DNA of 64,000 bases from Lama guanicoe. Taxonomy: Eukaryota. Location: NCBI GenBank assembly GCA_013239625.1, contig MU054323.1:19737082-19801081 (forward strand), given 5' to 3'. Numbering within the stretch: the stretch's first letter is position 1; each line of letters begins with the position of its first letter. Below, piece after piece: positions 12,311 through 24,299 of the stretch. The notes below the pieces were generated by a model. That model did not search any database. It was not told the origin of the DNA and was given only the letters and a program-made list of their open reading frames with translations. The position numbers and the translations under genes are program-made.

Positions 12311-12597
12311 AATAAATAAAGCAAGCAGGATGATTTTTCCAGGTCAGGGTCTGCTAAGATACCGTAGTATCGCCATTTTCTGTAGGTGACTGCCCCAGCT
12401 CTAGCTCCTGGAGAAAGAGGAATGAAAACTTGGCAGCAAGCCAGTCCTGGATTCAAATTCCACCACCACCCAAACTGAAACTAGTTTTGACTCTGTTTTC
12501 CCATTTGCAAACTGGTGAAAATGAGAACATCAACCTAATTTAATCCTTCTAACCACCAATGCAGTCCTGCCCCAGCTAGATTAAAGAGGATGGGGCA

Positions 12598-12722
12598 GGG
12601 GGAGGGCATAGCTCCATGGTAGAGTGCATGCCTAGCATGCACAAGGTCCTGGGTTCAATCCCCAGTACCTCCATTTTAAACAAACAAAAACAAACCTAAT
12701 TACCTCCTCCCCTAAAAAAAAA
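12598..12722 (+). mobile_element. camelid tRNA-Ala-derived SINE (long-tail form)
   Basis: GGGGGAGGGCATAGCTCCATGGTAGAGTGCATGCCTAGCATGCACAAGGTCCTGGGTTCAATCCCCAGTACCTCC + AAACCTAATTACCTCC + poly-A; TSD-like AAAGAGG..GGCAG. Confidence 0.92.
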
Positions 12723-12959
12723 GAGGGCAGGAGGTCATGGCACATGGAAAAGGTATAAGGATGAAATGGTGTGTGGAGAGCATCTAACCCACATTACAGA
12801 CACACACACTGACATCTTGTATGTGCACATGGATGTGCTCTGATAGCAATGATGATGACAACGTGCTATACTCACATGGGCTCCACAAGGCACTGCCACA
12901 TGATCTCTCGATTTAACCCTCACAAATTTTGCAAGCCAAATATTACTACTAAGATCCTG

Positions 12960-13545
12960 TTGCAGACATCTAGTGCTGCATAACTAACCACCCCAAAACC
13001 TAGTGACTTAAAACAATAACATTAATTTTGCTCCCAAGTCTGCAACTTGGGCAGGGCTTCGTGAGGAAGCCCTTCCTTTGGGCTCCATTCAGCACCAGCT
13101 GGGGCGGCTTGAAGACTGAGGGTCAGAATAATCTGAGGGCTCCCATTCACCACTGATGCTGGCTGCTGTCTTGAGACCTTAGCTGGGACACTCAGCCAGA
13201 ACCTACACATGCCCACTCTATGTGGCCTGAGCCTCCTCACAGCACAGTCAGGGATTTGGGGTGGGGGTGGAGAGAGAGAGGAGAGAGACAGAGAGAGGCA
13301 GAGACAGAGAGAGAAAAAGAGAGAGATTGAGAGCCAGCCAGTGGAAGCCATATGCCTTTTATGTCCTAGCCTAGGAAGTCATACAATGTCACTTCTGACA
13401 CATTCTATTTGTTGAGGCAGTCACCGAGACCTGCCCAGGTTCAAGGGGAGGGGACACAGACAACACCGCTTAATGGGAAGTAGTAAGGTTCCAGAGAGCG
13501 TGTGGGACTGGAAATACTGCTATGGCCTTTTGGGGGAAATACACA
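12960..13545 (-). mobile_element. MaLR solo LTR (MLT1 family) containing a (GA)-rich microsatellite at ~13271-13332
   Basis: GCTGCATAACTAACCACCCCAAAACCTAGTGACTTAAAACAAT...GGAAGTCATACAATGTCACTTCTGACACATTCTATT. Confidence 0.85.
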
Positions 13546-14729
13546 GAGCCCTGGTTTACAGAGGAGAACGTCGAGGGGAGGGGCCTCTGTGGTGAGACAG
13601 GCGAGAGTACAGCACCTGGGAGTGGCAGAACCAGAACCTTAACCCAGGTCTTCTGACTCCAAAACCCGAGCTTCTCCCACTGAACGAGGTGCCTTCCCAT
13701 CCCATCTATCAGGGCTTCAGAAAGCTCTCCTCCACGTGACAGTCTTTCCGAGGCAGGCTGCACGCGCACGTGCGGGCACACGCATACACAGACAGATACA
13801 AGCAGACATACACAGCCCCAGCTGAACTTTCTTCCAGCGATCCCTTTACCCTCCTGGACCTGGTGATGGAAAACACTCCTGAGTCGGTCAGACCCCCTCT
13901 GCTGCGTCGCTGCTGGGCCACGCTGAGCTGGGGGACTCGGGCCAGCCAGGAACCAGAGCTGGGGAGTCTTGACGCTCAGGGGTGAGGGTGGGAGGGAATG
14001 ACAGGAGACAGCCTCTGTGATGTGTAATTCCAGACGACAGCAGGAGCTAAGAAGACTGGGAGGATTTGGGGGGGAATGTGAATGTGATGTCAGCCTCTGT
14101 GAAAGAGAGAGGAAAGTGGAGGAGTGGGGGATGGTCCTGAGGGAGCGGTGGGGAAAGGTGAGGGCAGTCGACTTGTAATGTGAGGAATGGTTTATTAGTC
14201 TAGAAAAGTTTAACCTGAAGCTCCCAGCCTACCCCCACGCCTCTGCCCAGCATGGGCAAATCACACGGATGTGATTATGACCCGTGCTGGCGGGTCCTGG
14301 TTGAATCCAGGGGAAGAGGTGGGAATGCATTGATTTCTTCACGGATTATTGAGCAGCTGAGCACAAGCCAGCCCATTGCCAGCCCATTGCCAGCCCAGGG
14401 GCAACACGAATCAGCAAGGAGCCCTGAGAAATCCCTGCCCGGGTCAGAAGCAGGTGGGAGAAGGCTGCAGAGGTTGGGGGGGTAGGGGGTGGGGGTGGGG
14501 TAGTTAAATCCTCTGGGGAATTTGGCTGGTGGATCTAGCCATGCTCTGATTGGCTTGTTACGGCTCCATCTGCAGGACCGGGTGCTCTCTCGACACCCTG
14601 TCCCAAGATTACTTCAGGCCTGAAGTCCTCATTGACAGTCTTTACACACAGAGCAAGGCAGCGTCCAGCACACACTGGGGCAACCTGGTTCTGATGGTGA
14701 TGCTCATACGTCCACAGCCAGACACAGCT

Positions 14730-14900
14730 GGAATCAGCCTCCATCCACCGCTACGCAGCTGTGTGAGCCTGGGCAAGTCACTGAGCCTCATGCAGGCTCA
14801 GCAAAATGGGAGCACTAATATCTATTCCAAAGAGCTGTTGTGAGCCTTAAATAAGATCGCAGAGGTTAAGTGCCCACCCTGGGGTCTGGCATATAGGATA
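14730..14900 (+). mobile_element. MIR SINE
   Basis: AGCTGTGTGAGCCTGGGCAAGTCACTGAGCCTC...AAAATGGG...GTTGTGAGCCTTAAATAAGAT. Confidence 0.8.
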
Positions 14901-17004
14901 CAAGTCGTCACTCTCATCCCTTTTTTCTCCTATTCCTTTATATAAATCCCAAACCATGATTCACCCTCAAACTTATTGAGTCCAGACTAGCAGAGTCAAA
15001 GAGAAGCAAAGCTGATGAAGACTTGAGGGGGACTAGTTGTGGACAGAGGGTCTAACAGGCAATTTCTGCCTTTAGCGTCCACGGTGCTGGTGCCCTGAAA
15101 GGACGCTGGGAAAGCTCCAGGGCAGAGGCGCCGGTCTTGCTGTGGGGAGGGAAGAGGGGCACTGGGAGGGTGCCTCTTGTCACCTTGGGCGTCTTGTCCT
15201 TATCATCCCGTCAGTCGCAAAGCCTGTTCATCTAATGTCCCACGCATTAGGCCTCATGAGGCGCCAGCAAGAACAAACAGAAGCACAAGCCCCAGGAGAG
15301 GGGCTGCTTCATCTCCATGTCAGAGACATGGTCCTGGGCTTCTCTGTGCCTCTGTTTCCTCACCCAGAGAGCAGGAGGGCTGGACGGATGGCGTCCTGTC
15401 AGTTCCCTCTATTTCCCTCCTCTCTGTCCTTCCGAGCCCCTCCTACTCCTCCCGGCAGACCACACCCAGACAAACCGTGCCCATCAAGGGAGAAGCACGG
15501 GGCCCGTGAGGATTTCTCTCAAGTCCTTTCCACGGCCCCAACGTCTGAGGCCCCCAAGTTCCTCTTTTCCGAGCCAGGGCTGGGGTTTGGGTAGGGACAG
15601 CACAGCCTCAGACTTTCCTAGAGGACTCTGATGCACTTGTCACCTTTGTCCCTCACGAGTTTCTTTCCCTCTGGGGTTCTTGGAAGGTCTCAGGCCACCT
15701 CCCAGAGTTCCTGGATGAAAATAGACACTTAGGAATAAGAGTGAAAACTAATCAGCCTCAAATCTTGTCTGTGGTTTTATTCTGAGACTAACAGCAGAAA
15801 CAAATCTCCCCACCCCCCCACCTCCTGCCCCTTTCCCTTCTCCTGGCAGCTCCAGCATCCTCCAGCTTGGTCGTGCCTAGGCCGGATTAGGGAAGGGAGG
15901 AGGTTATGGTCCAAGGAAGTCATATCCTGAACTTTATGGGTTTGCAGCCCAGGTGCAGAGCTGGGTCTTGCCCTTGCCTGACAGCAACCAGAGAAATGAA
16001 ATGCAGGCTCTGTGGGGCAAGGAGGAGGCAAGGGGGATGGGAAGTCAAACGGGAGAGAGAAGATAAAAAGGAGCTGGTTTGGGTGTGCAGAGGGCAGTTT
16101 CCAGGCAAGGAGGAACAAGAGGAGGTTGGTGGTGTCATAACCAATGAGTGACGAGGGACAGGCAGTTTCCTCGGGTTGACAGAGGTCACTGACCACGAAG
16201 GCAGGTGTCGGGAGCTGGGCTGCATTTCAGAAGAGCCCATGGCCACCTTCCAGGGGCCACAGCTCACAGCCCCAGGAGGACTCATGGCCACTCTGTTCCC
16301 TCAAGAGCCACTTCTGTCTCCCTCAGTCTCAGACCTTTAGCTTCCAAGGAGGAGTTCGGGGCAGTTGGAGCCCGACATTCCCTGGGCTCCTCCAGCCCCA
16401 ACATTTATCTTCAGGTTATTTTCACTCCTAAGAACAAAGACACTTTCTATTCAGCGAGTGGTGAGAACCACACCTCTGACAAGCCATAGATCACCCTCAG
16501 GAGGGCAGGCGGGAGGGGCTGGGGGCCAGCACGTGGGGCTGCTTCTCCCTCCCACCCAGGTCCTCCAAAGGGAAGTACAGCCCCTGGTTTGCTGAGGGTC
16601 CTGGCAGATGGCAGAAAGTGTGCAGGACAAACTGGTTCTGAGAGTCAGGGGCCAAGCCAAGACAGGAAGAGGGACAAGACGGGACGAGACTGACTCTTGG
16701 GAGGGAACGAGCCCTGAGCAATCCCTGCTTCGACCCCAAGTCTGAGAGCTCAGTCTCCTCTGAGTTAGGTGATGGTCACCCAAATCACCGGGGGAGCTCT
16801 GAAAAAAGGAAGGTAACACAAGCCCATGGTATATAAAGGCCCACAATACAGAAAAGGCACCCCCATGGCTGCCATCATGGCCGGATTTCTTTTTTCCTTC
16901 AATAAATATGTCAGAATACACCAGCAGGTATAGGTATAGATACACACACAGACATTCATATATATGTACATGCATGTAAACTACCCATATTTACCTATTT
17001 GGTA

Positions 17005-17527
17005 AGAAATTAAACAGTGTTCTACGATGTCCCTTTTACATTTAACCATCTAACTTGTAAGTCACTCCATATTTGTACATCTAGAACTGTCTCCTTTTTA
17101 CTGATTTCTTAGTACTCTATTGTATGGCTACTGGTGGAAATTCCCCATCTTTTCCCATTACAAATAAGGCTGTAGTAAATATCCATGTAACATGCCTCTT
17201 TGTGCACTTTTCTGAGTCCCAATAGGGTATGTTCCTAGAAGTAGGACTGCCAGGCAGATCAAAGGGCATGTGGATGTATTTTTGGTCCAGTGCATATTGC
17301 TAAATTGCTCTTCATAAAGGTTACACTTATTTACCCAGACATCAACAATGTTGGAGAGTGCCTCACATCCTCGGCCAACACAGTGTGTTGTTTTACAACT
17401 TTTTGATCCACATTAATTTAATTTGATAGATGAGGAAAATAACATTTCATTGTGGTTGTAACTTTTGTTTCACTCATTACAAATAAGGCTGAGAAACTTT
17501 TAATGTGTTTCAAAGCCATCTGCACTT
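17005..17527 (-). mobile_element. old L1 (L1ME class) fragment
   Basis: TAGTACTCTATTGTATGG...GGGTATGTTCCTAGAAGTAGGACTGC...TTTCATTGTGGTT. Confidence 0.8.
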
Positions 17528-17735
17528 AAGGGAGTTTAAAAATATACAGAACCCTGGATCCCACACTCAAAAATCTGATTCAATAAACTCAAAAATCAGG
17601 CTTCTTTTAAAATACTCACGCTGTTAGGGTAAACATTTCTTAAGGAGAACATAAAAAGCACTATTCAATACGAGAAAAAGCTTGATATATTGTACTTCAA
17701 TCAAAATTGTAAATGTCTACCCATTAAAAAGGAAT

Positions 17736-18060
17736 AAATCTAAAAAAAAATAAATTTATTTACAAAACAGAAACAGACTCACAGACATAGAAAACAAACT
17801 TACAGTTACCAGGAGGGAAGGAGGTTGGAAGGGATAAATTGGGAGTTCAAGATTTGCAGATACTAATATATATAAAATAGATAAACAAGTTCATACTATA
17901 TAGCACAGGGAACTATATTCAATATTTTGCAGTAACTAATGGTGAAAAAGAATATGAAAATGAATATATGTATGTTCATGTATGACTGAAGCATTGGGCT
18001 GTACACCAGAAATTGACACAACATTGTAAACTGACTATATGTCAATTTATATATATATAT
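17736..18060 (+). mobile_element. younger camelid-type L1 3' UTR
   Basis: ACAAAACAGAAACAGACTCACAGACATAGAAAACAAACTTA...GCTGTACACCAGAAATTGACACAACATTGTAAACTGACTATA; TSD AAAAAGGAAT / AAAAGGGAAT. Confidence 0.9.
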
Positions 18061-18318
18061 AAAAGGGAATGAAAAGCCAGGCAACAGACTGGGAGAAGAT
18101 ATTTGCAATATATATATTCTGCAAAGAACTCAGACCAGAATATATAAAGAACTCTTACAAATCAACAAGAAAAAGAAAAAACCAACAACTCAAAAGAAAA
18201 AAAAAAAAAGGACATAGATACTTCACAAAGATAAATGAGTGACCAGTACACACATGAAAAGATGTTTACCCATAACCCATCAGAGAAAGTAAATTAAAAC
18301 CACAATGAGATACCATTG

Positions 18319-18502
18319 CTAGTAGTATATGGTAAATATTTAACAACAACTTCCCAGGAATAAAAAAGCACTTCTTTGGTGTAAATCCTCCCACCATGGC
18401 TAGTTTCAAGCTATCAATGTGACATCGCTGATTGCAGAGTTGGGGAGAGATGTATACATTGGACTCTCACAAGACACACAGGCTGGCTCCAGCACATCAC
18501 TG
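18319..18502. mobile_element. MER63-like hAT-Blackjack MITE
   Basis: GGTAAATATTTAACAAC...GGTGTAAATCCTCCCACCATGGCTAGTTTCAAGCTATCAATGTGAC...GGCTCCAGCACATCACTG. Confidence 0.8.
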
Positions 18503-18726
18503 AGACCACAGCACATCCATCAGGAAGGCTAAAATGAAAAAGAATGATTATACCAAGTGCTGGTAAGACTGTAGAGCCAGTAGAATTCTAAGCACATTGC
18601 TAGTGGGAGTGTGAATTGGTACAATCACATTGGAAAACTAGTAGTAATTACTAAAGCTAAATGTAGTCTGATCAAATGACCATATATACCCCACGGAAAT
18701 GCATACCCCACAGAAACGAATGCATA

Positions 18727-19446
18727 CGTGATGGCTAATTTTAGGTGTCAACTTGATGGGGCCATGGGTTGTCCAGAGATTTGATCAAACATTATTCCGG
18801 GTGGGTCTGTGACAGTGTTTTTGGATGAGATTAACAATTGAATTAGTAAACTGAGGAATGCAGATTGCCCTCCCCAGTGTAGGTGGGCCCCATCTAGTCG
18901 GTTGAAGACCTGAATAAAACAAAAGGGCTGAGTAAGATGAAACACTTTTTGCCTGCCTGTCCTGAACCAGCGCATCAGGTTTTTTCTGCCTTTGGACTCG
19001 AATCAAAACATCAGCTCTTTCTGGGTCTTAAGCCTGCTAGCACTGTCACTGGAACTTACACTATCAGCCCTCCTGGTTCTCAGGACTTCAGACTCAGACT
19101 GGACCTCACCGTCAGCTCAGCTTCTGGGTCTTCAGCCTGCAAACACCAATCCTGGGACTTAACCTCCACAATCATGTGAGACAGTTCCTTATAATAAATC
19201 TGTCTACACACACACACACACACACACACATACACACACTCTATTGACTCTGTTTCTCTGGAGAACTCTGAGCAATACAGAGTCAGCTCAGCTTCTGGGT
19301 CTTCAGCCTGCAAACACCAATCCTGTTAACCTACCTCCACAATCATGTGAGACAGTTCCTTATAATAAATCTGTCTACACACACACACACACACACATAC
19401 ACACACTCTATTGACTCTGTTTCTCTGGAGAACTCTGAGCAATACA
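18727..19446 (+). mobile_element. ERVL solo LTR (MLT2, MLT2D-like) with duplicated 3' end
   Basis: Starts (C)GTGATGGCTAATTTTAGGTGTCAACTTGA, ends CTCTGGAGAACTCTGAGCAATACA; 5-bp TSD GCATA (18722-18726 / 19447-19451). Confidence 0.92.
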
Positions 19447-19447
19447 G
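19111..19447 (+). repeat. tandem duplication ~170 bp (19111-19280; 19282-19447)
   Basis: Direct comparison: copies differ at one short patch and in (AC)n length. Confidence 0.95.
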
Positions 19448-20204
19448 CATATGTCCACCAAATACATATGTATTTTCCCATTACAAATAAGGCTGTAGTA
19501 AATATCCATGTAACATGCTTCTTTGTGCACATATATACACACACACATGATTGTTCATAGCAATTTTATTTGTAATAGTCAAAAACTAGGAACAACTCAA
19601 ATGCCTATCTACAGTAGCCTGAATATGCAGTGCTAGATTTCTATCACGGAATACTACACAACAATGAAAAAGAAAACATACCCACAGCAGCATGGATGAA
19701 TCTCAAAGACAGAATGTTGAAAGAAAGGAGCCAGACACAAATACTAAGAATATGAACTTTTAAACAAGCAAGACTAATCCGTTATGAGCTAAAGCAGAAT
19801 AGCAATTCCCTTTAGGGGGTTGGTTTCAAGTTGTAGCAGGTATAAGGAGATGTTCTGTGTATTCGAATTTCTATATTTCTATAGAAATGTTCTACATTTT
19901 ATTATGGATGGTAGTTACAAGGGTATAAAAATCCACCCAGCTGTACACTTTAGATTTGTATCCTTCACTACTTGTATGATGTACCCCAATTTAATTTTTA
20001 AGTAAAAATAATTTTTAAAAACTACCAGCTATTTCTGATGACCAGCCTAGTCTAGGAAACACTGGACTTGGAATCTGCAAGTTCTGGAGGAGACAGCATT
20101 CTGTGAACGTGAAAGTGGCACCAGCACAAAGGCAAGAAGAAAGCAGCAGGCTATTAAGGCAAGGACTGAAAAACGGAAAGAACGGAGACCAACAGAAAAC
20201 ACAT

Positions 20205-21490
20205 TTAACTCACTCAACATTTATTTAGCAGCTGCTATGGAAAAGCACCATGCTAGGCAGCCAGGAGATTAAAAATGAGCAAAGTGCCGTTCCTTGCCCT
20301 CAAGGAGCTTGCCTTCTCACGGAAGAAATAAATCTATGTGACATGGCACAGTGCGATTAGCGTCCCACCAAAGGGGCACCAACGGAAAGTTCTGCAGATG
20401 GAAAAGTGCAGTCCGTTGGTGTGAAGGCCATCCAGAAAGACTTCACAGTGGAGCAGGCACTTGAACAGGGCCTCAAAGGGTAGGTAGAATTCTGCAAGGG
20501 GAGACAGCTGGAAGAAGGTATTTGTTTAGGATCCTTTATAAATGCAATCTGAATTGGCCAATACATGGGACCAGTGTAACCATTTAAAATTGAAGCTCAC
20601 CAGAGTCAATATAAGGTGGATGAAGAGACAATCCACCCAAGAAGTGGCTAGTAGATATGCTACCAAAAGGAACAGAATGAGTTCCACATTTCTTCAAGGG
20701 ACTAGAGGTTTCCCAAGGAACCATGAAAGAGACAAATGTGCTCATCAGCCTTTTCACACAGAGGGTAAAATATAATTATTTGTTATGTTATCCTCAAGGG
20801 ATAGGGAGAGCGGGGACTGTATGGAGACCAGAGGCTATGGCAATACTCCAGGCATGGTCCAACCAGGACCCGGACTAGGAAAATGGCAGTGACAAGGCAA
20901 AGGGTGGGACACAGCTGAGTTGGTATCAAGATTCCAGTGAGAACATACGCTCCTGAGGATAGTGACTCTGTATTGTTCACTGGCGTGGTGCTCGACACAC
21001 AGGAAGTACACAATAGTGTTTGCTGGGTGACCTAAAAGGAGTGAGAAATAGGAAAGACACGAAGATGACAGCCCCCCCGGGGGTTAAAGTATGAGTGACT
21101 AAGAAGATAGAAATTCAAGGAAAGATGGTCTGAAGAGAAGACAAGAAGATGATGGGCTATGCTGAGACTGAAATCCTAGCAAGACACCTGGCTGGAGCGA
21201 TCTGGTAGACAATGATAGAAACTAGACTGGGGCTTGGACCAGAGAGCCAACTTGCAATCTTCCATGTGACATCATCCTCTAAGAAGTAACCACTGAAATT
21301 GTCTGACCAGAGGACGTGGGCAAGAGAGAGGATGGAGAGAAGAGGGGTGAGGACAGAATTCAAGGATAAGAAACTAGGAAAAAGGCAGCAGGAAAAAAGA
21401 GAGAAGAATCAAGAAAATGGAGTATCAGTAGTTAATGGAAGACAGAGCTTCAAAAGGAAGGTGCTCTCAGTTCAATTCTATTTGAGAAAT
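20205..21490 (-). mobile_element. L2 fragments
   Basis: CACTCAACATTTATTTAGCAGCTGCTATG...CCTTGCCCTCAAGGAGCTT; further purine-rich L2 body at ~20800-21490. Confidence 0.65.
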
Positions 21491-21534
21491 AATTGAGTCT
21501 CTGCCCCCCAAGTAATCCTGAGACAGAAAACCTT

Positions 21535-21810
21535 AGAAGAAAGTATGGACTTGAAGGAGAAACAGACAAACTTTAGGTCTAAGCACAGCTCTTAACAATT
21601 AACAGTGGAATCTTGAGCAAGTTACTTAAGCTTCTATTTCCCAATTGGTTGGATCTTCTGTTTTCCAATTGATTATAAAAGGAGGGGGTGGTGAGCATAA
21701 TCTATATCTCAGGTTGCTGTAAGGATTAAGTAAAGGTAATGAAAATAAGTGAAACATCAATATGCCCAGCATGGGGACTGGAACATGGATGCCACTCAAG
21801 TAGTCATTAC
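21535..21810 (+). mobile_element. MIR SINE
   Basis: ATCTTGAGCAAGTTACTTAAGCTTC...CAGGTTGCTGTAAGGATTAAGT. Confidence 0.75.
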
Positions 21811-22401
21811 CCTTCCCTCCTCCTCTGTGTGCCAGGCGCTGTGCTAGGATGTTCAGGGGAAATAATGCTGAACAAAGACTACTTGTGATACAGTGGAGTG
21901 TCAGGTCTCTAAGAGACTCCAGGACCACTTGTGAGGACTGGAGGGAGCCACTACATGCTGGTCAAGCCATGGCACCTGATCAAGTTGTTTCAGAATGCAG
22001 CAATTCACACGGAGATGTTGGTGACCTTGCAAAGGGCTGTTTTAATGGGATAGTGGCAGGGTAGGGTGCAAGAGCAGGGGCACCAACCACCTTTCTTTGG
22101 CAGCAAGAGGAAAGAGAGAGAACTACCACTAAAGCAGTAACTGCGAAGACAGAAATGTCCTTGGGTTGGGAACAACCTGAACATGTATGTGGATCAGGGG
22201 AGAAGGAAATATGTTCTCTGCAAACACAGGATGTCTGATTAAATCATATTTCACCTCAAAAATGTATGGTGCATTTATAACTGGGTATGTTCCTGGCAGG
22301 GGAGAATTTCCATTTTGACTTCACCTTAGTAAGAACCAAATTCTAACAGCTTTATATTTCTGATGAATGAAAAAACATTTTCCTAGACTAGCTTACTATT
22401 C

Positions 22402-22532
22402 TGTAGCATGTCACCTGGTGGCCCTCTCAAAAGATATGTCCTAACCCCTGAACCTGTGAATTTGACCTTATTTGCAGAAAGGGTCTTTGCAGATATGATT
22501 AAATTAAGGATCTTGAAATTGTCCTGGATTGT
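22402..22532 (+). mobile_element. MLT1 (MaLR) LTR 5' fragment
   Basis: CAAAAGATATGTCCTAACCCCTGAACCTGTGAATTTGACCTTATTTGCAGAAAGGGTCTTTGCAGATATGATTAAATTAAGGATCTTGA. Confidence 0.85.
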
Positions 22533-22559
22533 CTGTTTTGCCAAAATGGTAGATGAAAT

Positions 22560-23690
22560 AGTCCAGTAGATTTGGTGCATCATGAAGGTCGGGAGGGACG
22601 CTAGATTTCAGTAGCTGAGCAGAAAGAGTTAGCTTTTTCAAACAGAAAAGACTGATACTGGTAACTGTAGACTATCAATCTCAGGCAAAATTCTGGAACA
22701 GATTTTCAGCATGCGTGCATGTGTGCGTGTGTGTATTTTCAGGGTAAGTTCCCATAGTATCATCAGGTTCCTCCCAGAATAGCTTGTGACTCCTAAAATG
22801 ATTAAAAACCACTGATCAAAGATTTCCTTTGGGAAAAAAATTTTAAATCTTTGGACTCTTCTAATCCCCTCCTTCCCCAGGTGGTGAAACTAAGAATACA
22901 GCAGGAAAGAGGCTCATTCAAGGTCACACAGAAAAGAGCTAGAAGAATCAGGACCAATACCCAGCTCTTCTGACTCCAAGTTCAAGCTTTGCTCCTTCCA
23001 GAACTTCTCGCTGCCCCACTCCTACCTTTCCCACTACTTTCCCTTTACCTAAAAGCCATCACCAGCTTTTTCCAAAGTGCTTTTTCCTCTCCTTCAGAGG
23101 CATCAGGAGACACCCAGAGCTCAGCTGTGGGAGCAGGGTGTGATTTATGAGCTCTTTGTCTAGAAACATCTCATTCTTGAGAAGAAACTGACAGATCCTG
23201 AGCATAACACTCAAACCAAAAGGAACCCCTTTGGATTTGGAAATCCCCAGACACACCTCAGGAAATGAGGCCTGGGGCCGGGGTATAATGGGAAAACCAC
23301 GCGAGGCTGACTGGAGATGACATGTCTCTTTAAAGTGCATCTGGGGTTCTTGGAAAGGAAGTCCAGGATCTCCGGGTGTAGAGTGGGTTCACTAAGGCTC
23401 CTCTGTCCTGCCAAGTTAATTCCACTTTTTGTTCCGAGACCCTCTACCCTGCTAGATTAGGGAAAGGAAGTAGACATGGCTTATCTATATTTCTTCAAGC
23501 TCTTGGTGAAATTGCTTGTAACGGGCAAGAAGGAATGTTAAAAGAAAATGTTGTTAGAAGACACAAACATGCTTCAGGGTTCGCTCTTGTCTTGCTCTGT
23601 TCAAACTTTTTATGAATGATATAGGTAAGGATATTGATGGCATGCTTACTAAATCTGCATACCATATCAAGCTGGAATCATTGGCCTTTC
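22560..23690 (+). mobile_element. CR1/L3 LINE reverse-transcriptase fossil in two pieces (~22560-22705, ~23380-23690)
   Basis: GGTAACTGTAGACT..GGCAAAATTCTGGAACAGATT resembles GNYRP..GKILEQI; ORF 23612 NDIGKDIDGMLTKSAYHIKL resembles the CR1 RT motif INDLD.GI...L.KFADDTKL. Confidence 0.75.
22860..23005 (-). mobile_element. MIR fragment
   Basis: CAGGTGGTGAAACTAAG...TTCAAGGTCACACAG...TCTTCTGACTCCAAG. Confidence 0.7.
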
Positions 23691-24299
23691 GATCAATAAA
23701 TCTTTATCAAAAGCTTCTAAATGAAGCCAAGGGCATGAAAGACACTTCTTCCAGCAAGAGCTCAGGGGCCAGAAGCAAAATAGACAAGGACACAGTTACA
23801 AGGCTCTGTGGTTTGTGCTGCAGAGAGAGGGAGGCATGAGGGGTTATGGGAGTCCAGGAAACGGACTCCCAGCTAGATTGGGATTGCCATGTGGGGGTGA
23901 CAGCTGAGGAGTCTTGAGAACAAGCTAGCGGTTAGCCAAGCAAACCTGGGAAGGGGGACGACGCACTGGAAGGAAGAGACACACAGAAGCCCAGGTGCAA
24001 GTGGGCCCTGATCTGTTCAGAAAGCCGCGTGTGGTTCTGGGTAGTAGGAGCATCACGAGTGGAAGGGAAACATCTGGGAACTGGGAATCAGAGTTAGGGG
24101 ACCAGGCCTCAAGGAACTGGTTAATGTTACTTAGAAATACGGTGTGTTTTTTTTGGTTTTTTTTTTTCTGAAATCATTTAAACGTTTGAAACAGAGCCTC
24201 CAAGAATGACTAGGTAGCAGGGGACACAGACAAGGAGCTCTTTCAATGCCGGGGGTGAGTGGTACACTGGGACCAGCCACATGGCCCCACAGGGTCCAC

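Larger units (their letters stand above)
17625..20005 (+). mobile_element. old L1 (L1ME class) ORF2 end/3' UTR hosting several later insertions
   Basis: CAACAGACTGGGAGAAGATATTTGCAAT...AAAACCACAATGAGATACCA...GCATGGATGAATCTCAAAGAC...GCTGTACACTTTAGATTTGT. Confidence 0.8.
17528..20066. mobile_element. MER5-type MITE split into two halves (~17528-17620 and ~20010-20066) by an L1 insertion
   Basis: GGGAGTTTAAAAATATACAGAACCCTGGATCCCAC...TCTGATTCAAT and TTTTTAAAAACTACCAGCTATTTCTGATGACCAGCC...GGAAACACTG. Confidence 0.5.

Noticed and set aside
17475..17491. Third copy of CATTACAAATAAGGCTG
   Set aside because: Explainable as drift from the similar L1 sequence at that position; too short to call a duplication
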